Positions 18,403 through 26,728 of a stretch of DNA of 37,568 nucleotides are shown piece after piece. Location: assembly GCA_964548515.1 (NCBI GenBank), contig CAZJSF010000003.1, forward strand, positions 1-37,568, read 5' to 3'. The DNA comes from an uncultured Thermodesulfobacteriota bacterium (GTDB lineage Bacteria; Desulfobacterota; Deferrisomatia; Deferrisomatales; JACRMM01). Positions within the stretch are counted from its first letter, which is position 1; every line of letters starts with the position of its first letter. A model generated the notes under the pieces. It was not told the DNA's origin. It made no database searches and saw only the letters and a program-made list of their open reading frames with translations. The translations under genes were made by a program, and so were the position numbers.

Positions 18403-19737
18403 ATGCGGACGATCCGAGCCCCCCACCGAACCGGCGTGGTCTTCTTCCCGGCCTTCGACTGGGCCATCTCCCCCACCCACCCCGAGCGCGAGGAGCGGCT
18501 CCTCTACACCCGGGACCAGATCTTCGAGGAGGGGCTCCTCGACGTGGAGGGGATCGAGGAGTTCACCCCCTCCGTGGCCGCCCTCGAGGACATGGAGCGC
18601 GTGCACACCTGCTACCCGTCCAGCCGGTCGGTCGTCAGTTCCTCCCACCGCATCTCGGCGGGCGGGGCGATCACGGCGGCCCGCAAGGTCCTCTCCGGGG
18701 AGGTGGAGCGGGCCTTCGCCCTGGTTCGGCCCCCGGGCCACCACGCCCGGCGGGTGGTCCACGGCCTGCGGGGGTTCTGCATCGTGAACATCGAGGCGGT
18801 GATGATCGAGCACGTGCGCCGCCACGTGCGGGACATGCGGGTGGCCATCGTCGACACCGACTGCCACCACGGCGACGGCACCCAGGACGTGTACTGGAAC
18901 GACCCGGACACCCTGTTCATCTCGATCCACCAGGACGGCCGCACCCTGTACCCGGGCACCGGGTTCCCGGACGAGTTCGGGGGCCCGAACGCGTACGGGA
19001 CCACCCTCAACGTCCCCCTTCCCCCGGGCACCAACGACGAGGGGCTGCTCCACGTCATCGACCACTTCGTGCTCCCCGTCCTGGAGGACTGGAAGCCCGA
19101 CCTCATCGTGAACTCGGCCGGCCAGGACAACCACTTCACCGACCCCATCACGGACATGTCGATCACGGCCCAGGGCTACGCCGCCCTCACCCGCCGCCTC
19201 CGGCCCCACGTGGCCGTGCTCGAGGGGGGCTACTCCGTGCAGGACGCTCTCCCCTACGTGAACACGGGGATCCTGCTGGCCATGGCGGGCCTCGACACCG
19301 GCGCCCTGATCGAGCCCGACTACCAGCCGGAGCTCTTCCCCGGCTCCGAGCGGAACCAGGAGTACATCCGGCGCCTGTCCGAGGCGCTCCTCGAGAAGTA
19401 CCGCCACCGGGACGCCCTCAAGGAGAAGGCCTTCGGCGGCAAGACCCACCACGAGGAGATGCGCCAGGTGTTCTACGACGGCGCCGGCATCACGGAGAAC
19501 CAGAAGGAGCGCGTCCGCATCTGCGGAGACTGCGCCGGGGTGGTGACCCTGGAGAGCTGGGTGGGGGGCCGCGGCCGGCTCCTGGCCGTGGAGCTTCCCC
19601 GCGGCTGCTGCCTGCGGTGCCGCGAGGAGGGCCTGCAGGCCTACCACGCCGCGAGCCTGGGGGACCTGTCCCTGGTCGAGCTCCGGGACCGGGAGGCCGA
19701 CCGCGTGGAGCGGAAGAGCGTCTTCGACGGGGCATAG
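18403..19737 (+). CDS. Histone deacetylase / acetoin-utilisation (AcuC/APAH) family metal-dependent amidohydrolase with a Cys-rich C-terminal extension
   Basis: 444 aa, 8 nt after the preceding stop. RPPGHHA, DTDCHHGDGTQ, NSAGQD.H..DP, LEGGYS. Extension from about residue 300 carries C374-x2-C377 and C402-C403-x2-C406. Confidence 0.9.
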   Translation: MRTIRAPHRTGVVFFPAFDWAISPTHPEREERLLYTRDQIFEEGLLDVEGIEEFTPSVAALEDMERVHTCYPSSRSVVSSSHRISAGGAITAARKVLSGEVERAFALVRPPGHHARRVVHGLRGFCIVNIEAVMIEHVRRHVRDMRVAIVDTDCHHGDGTQDVYWNDPDTLFISIHQDGRTLYPGTGFPDEFGGPNAYGTTLNVPLPPGTNDEGLLHVIDHFVLPVLEDWKPDLIVNSAGQDNHFTDPITDMSITAQGYAALTRRLRPHVAVLEGGYSVQDALPYVNTGILLAMAGLDTGALIEPDYQPELFPGSERNQEYIRRLSEALLEKYRHRDALKEKAFGGKTHHEEMRQVFYDGAGITENQKERVRICGDCAGVVTLESWVGGRGRLLAVELPRGCCLRCREEGLQAYHAASLGDLSLVELRDREADRVERKSVFDGA

Positions 19738-19748
19738 CCCGGCGGGAG

Positions 19749-19777
19749 GGAGGGGGTCTCCCGCGGACGTCCCCTCC
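19749..19777. terminator. Possible shared hairpin between the convergent HDAC-like and pgm genes
   Basis: GGAGGGG (19749-19755) pairs with CCCCTCC (19771-19777) around a 15-nt loop, in the 41-nt convergent gap. No U-tract. Confidence 0.25.
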
Positions 19778-19778
19778 G

Positions 19779-21377
19779 TCAGGCTCCGGCCGCCGCGAAG
19801 GCGTCGGCCACGATGGCCCTGGCCTCCTCCTGGATGCGGCGCAGGTGCTCCGGTCCCCGGAAGCTCTCGGCGTAGATCTTGTAGACGTCTTCCGTCCCCG
19901 AGGGGCGGGCGGCGAACCAGCCTCCCTCGGTCACGACCTTGAGCCCCCCGATGGGCGCTCCGTTGCCCGGCGCCCTCGTCAGCTTCTCGCGGATGGGATC
20001 GCCCGCCAGTTCCCTCGCCCTCACGTGGTCCGGCGACAAATCCTTGAGCGCCGCCTTCTGACGCGGCGTGGCCGGCGCGTCGATCCGTTCGTAGATCGGG
20101 CTCCCGAAGCTGGCCTCGAGGTCCCCGTACAACTGCCCCGGATCGCGCCCGGTGCGCGCCGTGATCTCGCACGCCAGGAGATCGAGGAGGATGCCGTCCT
20201 TGTCGGTGGTCCAGACCGTGCCGTCCCGCCGCAGGAACGACGCCCCGGCGCTCTCCTCCCCGCCGAAACCGACGGACCCGTCGAGCAGCCCGCCGACGAA
20301 CCACTTGAAGCCCACGGGAACCTCGCACAGCCGACGTCCCAGGGAGGCGGCGACGCGGTCGATCATGGAGGTGGAGACCAGGGTCTTCCCCACCGCCGCC
20401 TCCGGGCTCCACCCGGGCCGGTTCCGGAAAAGGTAGGAGATCGCGACCGAGAGGTAGTGGTTCGGGTTGAGAAGGCCGCCCTCCCGGGTGACGATGCCGT
20501 GCCGGTCCACGTCCGCGTCGTTCCCGAAGGACAGGTCGAACCGGTCGCGAAGCCGGATGAGGCCCGCCATGGCGTGGGGCGACGAGCAGTCCATGCGGAT
20601 CTTGCCGTCCTTGTCCACGGTCATGAAGGAGAAGGTCGGGTCCACGACCCGGTTCACCAGGTGCAGGTCGAGCCGGTAGCGGTCGGCGATGGGGTCCCAG
20701 AAGTCCACCGACGCGCCGCCGAGGGGGTCCACTCCGATCCTCAGACCCGCGCCGGCCACGGCCTCCAGATCCACCGCCTGCCCGAGGTCGTCCACGTAGG
20801 AGCGCACGTAGTCGTGCTCCCGCACGTTCCCCGACCGCAGCGCCCGCTCGTACGGAACGCGGCGCACCGCCGAGACCCCGCCGGCGAGGAGCTCGTTGGC
20901 CCGGGCCTCGATCGCCCGCGTGGTCTCCGTGTCGGCGGGTCCGCCGTCGGGGGGGTTGTACTTGAACCCGCCGTCCTCCGGCGGGTTGTGGGAGGGGGTG
21001 ATCACCACCCCGTCCGCCGGCGCGGAGGTGCGGCCGCGGTTGTAGGTGAGGATGGCGTGGGAGACCACCGGCGTCGGGGTGTACCGGAGCCCCGGCTGGA
21101 CCAGCACGGTGACGCCCCAGGCACCGAGCACCTCGAGGGCGCTCCGGAGGGCCGGCTCGGAGAGGGCGTGGGTGTCGCGGCCCAGGAACAGGGGCCCGGT
21201 GACGCCCGCCCCCCGACGGTGCTCGCAGATGGCCTGGGTGACCGCCAGGATGTGCGCCTCGTTGAAACTCCGGGCCAGGGAACTGCCCCGGTGCCCCGAC
21301 GTGCCGAACGAGACCCTCTCCGCCGGCTCGCCCGGGTCGGGCTCCAGGGTGTAGTACGCCGAGACGAGGGCGGGCAT
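19779..21377 (-). CDS. pgm: Phosphoglucomutase (alpha-D-glucose-phosphate specific); true start is probably upstream of the first ATG
   Basis: 532 aa from ATG 21377. Active-site FGTSGHRGS, metal loop [32 protein letters not shown]. See the finding on the N-terminus. Confidence 0.93.
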   Translation of the reverse strand: MPALVSAYYTLEPDPGEPAERVSFGTSGHRGSSLARSFNEAHILAVTQAICEHRRGAGVTGPLFLGRDTHALSEPALRSALEVLGAWGVTVLVQPGLRYTPTPVVSHAILTYNRGRTSAPADGVVITPSHNPPEDGGFKYNPPDGGPADTETTRAIEARANELLAGGVSAVRRVPYERALRSGNVREHDYVRSYVDDLGQAVDLEAVAGAGLRIGVDPLGGASVDFWDPIADRYRLDLHLVNRVVDPTFSFMTVDKDGKIRMDCSSPHAMAGLIRLRDRFDLSFGNDADVDRHGIVTREGGLLNPNHYLSVAISYLFRNRPGWSPEAAVGKTLVSTSMIDRVAASLGRRLCEVPVGFKWFVGGLLDGSVGFGGEESAGASFLRRDGTVWTTDKDGILLDLLACEITARTGRDPGQLYGDLEASFGSPIYERIDAPATPRQKAALKDLSPDHVRARELAGDPIREKLTRAPGNGAPIGGLKVVTEGGWFAARPSGTEDVYKIYAESFRGPEHLRRIQEEARAIVADAFAAAGA

Positions 21378-21441
21378 GTCCGCCAGCAGGGCGCGGAGTG
21401 CCGGCTGCCCGGCCAGTTCGTGGAGAGCCCCGCCGGCCGCC

Positions 21442-22188
21442 TCAGCGGCCCTGGGCCTGGTCCGCCACCGCCTTGGCCGCGGCCTCCGCGGCCGCGGCGT
21501 CGCCGAGGTAGTACCGGCGCAGGGGCGTGAGGTCGTCGCCTAGCTCGTACACCAGCGGGATGCCGGTGGGGATGTTCAGCTCCACGATGGCCTCGTCCGA
21601 CATCCGGTCGAGGTGCTTCACGAGACCCCGGAGGCTGTTCCCGTGGGCCGCGATGACCACGCGCCGGCCGGCCTGGATCTGCGGCACGATCGTCTGCTCG
21701 TAGTAGGGCAGGGTTCGGGCCACCGTGTCCTTGAGGCATTCCGAGGCCGGAAGCTGGTCCGGGGCGAGATCGGCGTAGCGGGGGTCCGTGCCGGGATGGC
21801 GGGGGTCGTCGGCCTCGAGGGGGGGCGGGGGTACCCCGTAGCTCCGTCGCCAGATCTTGACCTGGTCCATGCCGTGGCGCTCGGCCGTCTCGGCCTTGTT
21901 GAGCCCCTGGAGGGCCCCGTAGTGCCGCTCGTTGAGGCGCCACGTGTTGTGCACGGGGATCCACATGAGGTCCATCTCCTCCAGCGCCAGCCACAGGGTC
22001 TTGATGGCCCTCTTGAGAACCGACGTGTACGCGACGTCGAACACGTACCCTTCCTGTCGAAGCACGCGGCCGGCCTGGAGGGCCTCCTCCACTCCCTTCT
22101 CCGAGAGCCCGACGTCCGTCCAGCCGGTGAAACGGTTCGCCCGGTTCCACACGCTCTCCCCGTGCCGAAGCAGGACCAGCTTCTTCAT
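21442..22188 (-). CDS. gpmA: 2,3-bisphosphoglycerate-dependent phosphoglycerate mutase
   Basis: Start at ATG 22188 ([15 protein letters not shown]...), inside the longer track ORF 21442..22590. [24 protein letters not shown] motifs. 248 aa. Confidence 0.96.
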   Translation of the reverse strand: MKKLVLLRHGESVWNRANRFTGWTDVGLSEKGVEEALQAGRVLRQEGYVFDVAYTSVLKRAIKTLWLALEEMDLMWIPVHNTWRLNERHYGALQGLNKAETAERHGMDQVKIWRRSYGVPPPPLEADDPRHPGTDPRYADLAPDQLPASECLKDTVARTLPYYEQTIVPQIQAGRRVVIAAHGNSLRGLVKHLDRMSDEAIVELNIPTGIPLVYELGDDLTPLRRYYLGDAAAAEAAAKAVADQAQGR

Positions 22189-22244
22189 CGTCCGTTTCCT
22201 TTCCCGCGCCGCCGCGTGCGGCGCCTCCGGCGGCCTCCGCCCCC

Positions 22245-23720
22245 CTACCGGGGGGAAGGCCTGCCCAAGTCGATCAACTCCATGCGGTGATTGGTGTCCG
22301 GGTGTCTGGACGACGGCCCCTCGGTGAGAAGGACCAACTCGCCGCCCATCCCGTGGCGGCAGAGCCACTGCCTCGCGTACGCCCGCCAGTCGTCGGGGTG
22401 GTCCGGCTCGTGCACCGGGTGGACGCCGCAGGAGAACTGGAGGCCGCGGCACGTGGCCTCCCGGGAACTCACCGCCACGACCCACACCGGGGGGCGGAAG
22501 CGGGCGATGTTGCGGGCGGTGGTTCCCGTGCGGGTCGGCACGAACACGGCCGCCGGGGTGACCCGGCGCAGGGCCCCTTCGACGCTCCACGCGAGGAGGT
22601 CCGAGAGCCGGCGGGTCCCCTGCGCGAAGGCGTCCTCGCCCTCGCCGTCACCGAGCCTCCGGCGGTGGGGCTCCACCGCGGCCGCGATCCGGGCGAGCAT
22701 CTCGACGGCCTCCACGGGGTAGCGCCCCATGGCCGACTCCCCCGAGAGCATGACGCAGTCGGTGCCGTCCAGGATCGCGTTGGCCACGTCGGTCGACTCC
22801 GCCCGCGTCGGCCGCCGGCTGGCGGTCATCGACTCCAGCATCTGGGTCGCGGTGATGATCGGCTTCCCGAGACGGTTGGCCTTGCGCATCAGCCGCTTCT
22901 GCACGAGGGCGATCTGCTCGATGGGGATCTCCACGCCCAGGTCCCCCCGGGCGATCATCACCCCGTCCGCCTCCTCCAGGATGGCGTCCACCTGGTCCAG
23001 CGCCCTCGCCCGCTCCATCTTGGCGATCACGAAGGGCGCATACCCGGCGGCGGCCGCGGCCTCCCGGACGGCCCGCACGTCCTCGGCACCCTCCACGAAG
23101 GACTGGCTCACCGCATCGACCCCGTGGGCCAGGGCGAACGCCAGGCAGCGGCGGTCCTCGTCGGTGAAGGCGCGGATGCCCAGGTCCACCCCGGGCAGGT
23201 TGAGGCCCTTGCGCGACCGCAGCTCGCCCCCGGCGCGGACCAGGCAGCGGATCTCCCGCGGGCCGGTCTCGCGGACCTCCAACTGGACGAACCCGTCGTT
23301 GAGGAACAGGGCATCCCCCGGCTTCACCACCCGGGGGAGCCGCTCGAAGCTCACCGAGGCGATGTCCGGGCCTCCCTCCACCTCGTCCACGGTGAGGGTG
23401 AACTCCTGCCCGCTGCGCAGCTCGATCGGCTCCTGCGCCAGGCGCCCGATGCGGAGCTTCGGCCCCGGCAGGTCCGCCATGATCGCGACCCGCCGTCCCG
23501 CGACGCGCTCGGCCTCCCGAACCCTCTCGATCGTGCGGCCGTGGCTGTCGAAGTCGCCGTGGGAGAAGTTGAGGCGCACCACGCTCATGCCGGCGTGGAT
23601 GAGCCGGACCAGTACCTCCTCCGAGTCCGACGCAGGCCCGACGGTGCACACGATCTTGGTCTTGCACGACGGCAGGAGCGCGCTCGGAAGCGCCGAACCC
23701 GAACCTTCCTCGGTCGACAT
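22245..23720 (-). CDS. pyk: Pyruvate kinase
   Basis: Start at ATG 23720 (GGAGGGAG SD upstream), inside track ORF 22245..24596. [51 protein letters not shown]. 491 aa. Confidence 0.95.
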   Translation of the reverse strand: MSTEEGSGSALPSALLPSCKTKIVCTVGPASDSEEVLVRLIHAGMSVVRLNFSHGDFDSHGRTIERVREAERVAGRRVAIMADLPGPKLRIGRLAQEPIELRSGQEFTLTVDEVEGGPDIASVSFERLPRVVKPGDALFLNDGFVQLEVRETGPREIRCLVRAGGELRSRKGLNLPGVDLGIRAFTDEDRRCLAFALAHGVDAVSQSFVEGAEDVRAVREAAAAAGYAPFVIAKMERARALDQVDAILEEADGVMIARGDLGVEIPIEQIALVQKRLMRKANRLGKPIITATQMLESMTASRRPTRAESTDVANAILDGTDCVMLSGESAMGRYPVEAVEMLARIAAAVEPHRRRLGDGEGEDAFAQGTRRLSDLLAWSVEGALRRVTPAAVFVPTRTGTTARNIARFRPPVWVVAVSSREATCRGLQFSCGVHPVHEPDHPDDWRAYARQWLCRHGMGGELVLLTEGPSSRHPDTNHRMELIDLGRPSPR

Positions 23721-23881
23721 CGCCTTCTCCCTCCTGAGGAAACCCTCGTTCTCTACCATGCACGCCGTCCCCCGTCCAGGGGGCTCGGCCGACCCCGCCG
23801 CCGCCCCTGCCCGGCGGTGCGCTGCGCCCCTCCAGGCACCCTCCACCGCCCTGATCCACGTCCCCTTCTCCCCCGGCCGCG

Positions 23882-23911
23882 TTGACCCTCGGCCGGCGTG
23901 CGGAGTACAAG
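23882..23911 (+). promoter_or_regulatory. Candidate promoter (TTGACC-N18-TACAAG) for the membrane-protein gene
   Basis: Lies in the divergent region between pyk and ORF 23898..24488. If real, it places the TSS downstream of ATG 23898 and so favours the GTG 23946 start. Confidence 0.25.
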
Positions 23912-23945
23912 GACCGGGGCGGACGCGGTCCGGAGGAGGAAGGCC

Positions 23946-24488
23946 GTGGACTACGCGAGGAAGGTCTGGGGAACGATCATCGTCGTGGCGGGAGCGGCGC
24001 TCTTCGCCTACGGGGCGTACCAGAGCTACGACGTCTACCGGGACTACCGGAGCGCGACGGCCGCCGGCCGATTGATGCAGGGTCTGTTCGGCATGGGCCG
24101 CCCGAACCCTGCAATGGAAGACTTTGCGGCCGAGTTTCGGCGGGCGGCCCTCGAACAGGGGATGAAGCAGGGGTTCCTCGCCCTGGTGGGGCTGGGCATG
24201 TGCTGGGGCGGCACGGTCCTCCTCGGAGGGCTGGGGTTCGTGCAGGTGCGGCGCGTGACCTCGGAGGCCGGTTGCAAGACGGCCGAGCCCCCCTTCCGGG
24301 AGGCCCCCGCGGCCCACGCCCGCCGCGCCCCGCCCCTCCGAGAGCCCCGGCAGCAGACGGCGGCCGAGGGGCCCGATCCCCAGGGGCCCGCTGCCCGGCC
24401 GAAGGAGCCGCCCTCCCCCCGAATCCCCACGCCCCGCGAAGCCGACCCCGAAGACGACTACCGCTACCGGGGCCCCACCCCGGACTGA
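23946..24488 (+). CDS. Hypothetical membrane protein (two predicted TM helices, Pro-rich tail)
   Basis: From track ORF 23898..24488. I prefer GTG 23946 because of the strong GGAGGAGGA SD 5-8 nt upstream. TM segments WGTIIVVAGAALFAYGAY and FLALVGLGMCWGGTVLLGGLGFV. No family recognised. Confidence 0.6.
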   Translation: MDYARKVWGTIIVVAGAALFAYGAYQSYDVYRDYRSATAAGRLMQGLFGMGRPNPAMEDFAAEFRRAALEQGMKQGFLALVGLGMCWGGTVLLGGLGFVQVRRVTSEAGCKTAEPPFREAPAAHARRAPPLREPRQQTAAEGPDPQGPAARPKEPPSPRIPTPREADPEDDYRYRGPTPD

Positions 24489-24768
24489 GGCTCGCCTCCG
24501 ACGGCACGCCGCGGGGGACCATGGCCGGGGGTGACCGTCGGGCGAAGCGCCAGCCGAGAGAGCCCGCCGGGAGACGTCACGGTTTCGCGAATCCACCGGG
24601 TGCCCGCCGCGATCGAGCAGCGGCGGGAGCGCGTGTGGCTGTCAGATCTGCAGACCTGACGTCTGAATTCTGTGGACGCGACCCCGCAAGGCGGATTGAC
24701 GCGACCATTGCAGGGGGCAGGGGTTCGTGGACAATGGGGACTGCCCCGCACACCGAACCGGAGGCACC

Positions 24769-25221
24769 GTGGCTCCCTGGCTCTACCTGACCCTGGCGAT
24801 CGCGGCAGCAGTCTCGGCGGGCGCCCACCCCCCGGCCGCGGAGGCGTTCTGCTTCGAGGAGGCGGCCGCCCGCTACGGCCTGCCCACGGATCTGCTGCGC
24901 ATCGTGGCGGAGACCGAGTCGGCCCTCGACCCGGACGCCGCAGGCTGGAACGCCGACGGGTCGGTGGACGTGGGCCTCATGCAGATCAACTCCTGGTGGG
25001 AACCCCGGCTCGGCGCGGAGCGCTGGAACGCCGTCTGCACCGACCCCTGCTACAACGTCACCGTGGGGGCGTGGATCCTGGCCGACTGCCTTCGGCGCCA
25101 CGGGTACACACCCGAGGGGATCGGCTGCTACAACGCCCTCAGCCCCGAGAAGCGAGCCCGGTACGCGCGCACCGTTCTCGAGGCCTACTTCGCCCGGCCC
25201 CCCCGGTCCACCCCTCCCTGA
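24769..25221 (+). CDS. Small secreted lytic transglycosylase (SLT domain, IagB/IpgF/P19/VirB1-like specialised type)
   Basis: From track ORF 24727..25221. I prefer GTG 24769 (GGAGG 4-5 nt upstream), which gives signal peptide VAPWLYLTLAIAAAVSAGA. AETES (catalytic Glu), GLMQINSWW, CYNA motifs. About 150 aa. Confidence 0.85.
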   Translation: MAPWLYLTLAIAAAVSAGAHPPAAEAFCFEEAAARYGLPTDLLRIVAETESALDPDAAGWNADGSVDVGLMQINSWWEPRLGAERWNAVCTDPCYNVTVGAWILADCLRRHGYTPEGIGCYNALSPEKRARYARTVLEAYFARPPRSTPP

Positions 25222-25430
25222 CGCCGTCCCCTTCCCGACGATCCTCCCCCGCCAGGTCGACCTCGCACGGACTTCCGTTTCTCACGAACTTCTCATGTGG
25301 GCCTCATGTTCGTTTCATCTTCCGCCGATACAATTACCCACGTACCGTGAAGACGAAGGGATCGGGCGAGTGTGGCAGCTCCCCGGCCCAATGAACGGTG
25401 CGACTTCCTCCTCCTCTTCCTCCTCTCGTT

Positions 25431-25458
25431 GAACGGGGCTGCTTCGGCAGCCCCGTTC
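25431..25458. terminator. Perfect 12-bp hairpin with TTCG tetraloop between convergent genes; likely a bidirectional terminator
   Basis: GAACGGGGCTGC-TTCG-GCAGCCCCGTTC, preceded by a CT-rich tract (25405-25428) and followed by GACGTTTGGGG. Sits between the SLT gene (+) and the secreted-protein gene (-). Confidence 0.6.
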
Positions 25459-25573
25459 GACGTTTGGGGTGTTCCCCACGCGCTGCCCCTGCTGTCCCGT
25501 TCCTATCCGCACCAAGTTCCTAGACCTAGCGACATGTGTCTCGGTCCTCTTCAAACTATTGTTCGCTGTTGCC

Positions 25574-26134
25574 TCACTCAAGAGGGAGCACCTCGGTCGT
25601 CACCTGTGGACCGTTAGAACCTGCGACCGATACTTGAACACTGAGCTCCTTCTTCTCGACGTCAATGGCCATGATTCTCGTCTCAAATGGTGACGGCTGC
25701 CCTGCCGGAAGTCTGACATGGGTTCGTTCCCTCAGGTCCAACTTGAAGAACGCCCCATCGCCGTAGACAGCCGATGTCGCAACGTACAAGTATCTCTGAG
25801 AGGGTCCCCATGCGAAGTTGACAACGTCCGCAGCCCAGGCGGCGTCTTGCCAAAACCTATCGGTAGTATCCCATGCGTGCCAAACCTTCGTGTCGTCAAG
25901 CGGGACATTGCCGGGCCCAGCTCCTCGTTCTGTGAGGATGATTCCGACATTCGAGGCGAGCCCATCATCACAGAAGAGAAAGACTGAGAAGGGGCCACGG
26001 TTCGGCTGAGGGTGCAGTCCGTGAACGCATTGGTCTCCGACTGCATTCACGACACGGGCTTCGGTTGCGGTCGCGAAGTTGGCCACGCAAAGACACACAA
26101 GAATCAGGCAGATCGTGCAGGGTACGACTTTCAT
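25574..26134 (-). CDS. Hypothetical secreted protein (Sec signal peptide), family not recognised
   Basis: Start at ATG 26134 inside track ORF 25574..26200: MKVVPCTICLILVCLCVANFATA-TEARV... 186 aa, lower G+C than the host genes. Begins 25 nt after the brnA stop on the same strand. Confidence 0.7.
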   Translation of the reverse strand: MKVVPCTICLILVCLCVANFATATEARVVNAVGDQCVHGLHPQPNRGPFSVFLFCDDGLASNVGIILTERGAGPGNVPLDDTKVWHAWDTTDRFWQDAAWAADVVNFAWGPSQRYLYVATSAVYGDGAFFKLDLRERTHVRLPAGQPSPFETRIMAIDVEKKELSVQVSVAGSNGPQVTTEVLPLE

Positions 26135-26159
26135 AATTCTTCTCTCGGCGGACCTAGGA

Positions 26160-26441
26160 CTAACCGGAGCGCATCTTTTTCCTGCGTCCGGTTGAAGCAA
26201 TCTTTCGCTGCTCTGTCTGGATGTCCGCGTATGCGTCGAGCAACTGCCGAATCATACGTTGGTATTGCGTGTGATACTTCGATGCCTCCTCCTTGAAAAA
26301 ATCGATACTCTTCTTGCTTAACGAGATAGTCACCTTTACGGACTCCTCCCGAAAGGCAAGTTCCTCCGGCGATGGGAGGAAATCCTTGACAACCATCAGC
26401 TGCCCCAATGATTCATCGGTGTATCTTATTTTCGTGCTCAT
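26160..26441 (-). CDS. brnA: BrnA-type (CopG/RHH-like) antitoxin
   Basis: Start at ATG 26441 (MSTKIRYTDESLGQL...). ...VKVTISLSKKSIDFFKEEASKYHTQYQRMIRQLLDAYA matches the BrnA pattern (V-T-I-R/S-L, then FK, then YQ..I). Overlaps the brnT 3' end by 29 nt. Confidence 0.8.
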   Translation of the reverse strand: MSTKIRYTDESLGQLMVVKDFLPSPEELAFREESVKVTISLSKKSIDFFKEEASKYHTQYQRMIRQLLDAYADIQTEQRKIASTGRRKKMRSG

Positions 26442-26703
26442 AGATCGCCTTCCCTTTCCGCCAGTAGCCTGCACCAAATATTCGGATCGCCTTGCCTCTG
26501 TATGTGGATCTCACGGTCAGAATCCCTTCCCCCACCCTCCCAAAACAGTAGTAGCGTGGTTCTGTTCCACTGTGCGTGACGTCCTCTGCAATGACGCGGC
26601 ATGGGTCTGAGAAGGCGTATTGAGCCGTCGCAAAGGACACGCCATGCTTCTCCTGGTTCTCCATGTCCTTCGCGGAATCCCATTCAAAATGCACCTTTCT
26701 CAT
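26413..26703 (-). CDS. brnT: BrnT (DUF497) ribonuclease toxin
   Basis: 96 aa. FEWDSAKDMENQEKHGVSFATAQYAFSDP....ED..HS..EPRY...G......L.V..T.RG..IRIFGA fits the DUF497/BrnT signature (F.WD..K...N..KHG.SF..A..VF.DP). Confidence 0.9.
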   Translation of the reverse strand: MRKVHFEWDSAKDMENQEKHGVSFATAQYAFSDPCRVIAEDVTHSGTEPRYYCFGRVGEGILTVRSTYRGKAIRIFGAGYWRKGKAIYEHENKIHR

Positions 26704-26728
26704 TCGGCCAACTTACCAGCGAGCGACG

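Noticed and set aside
18193-20412. 739-aa minus-strand ORF overlapping the HDAC-like gene and extending into pgm
   Set aside because: It runs antisense through the HDAC-family gene and out of frame through pgm. It carries no motifs and looks like a shadow ORF.
23721-24596. N-terminal ~290-aa extension of the pyruvate kinase ORF (track ORF 22245..24596, 783 aa)
   Set aside because: Pyruvate kinase homology begins at MSTEEG.../[12 protein letters not shown], with a strong SD before ATG 23720. The upstream part is low-complexity and overlaps the divergent membrane-protein gene.
25315-25617. Small ORFs in the islet's non-coding part (88 aa on the minus strand, 81 aa on the plus strand)
   Set aside because: They overlap each other and the hairpin/CT-tract, have no SD, and have odd composition (a poly-Glu run derived from the CT tract). 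They are unlikely to be genes.
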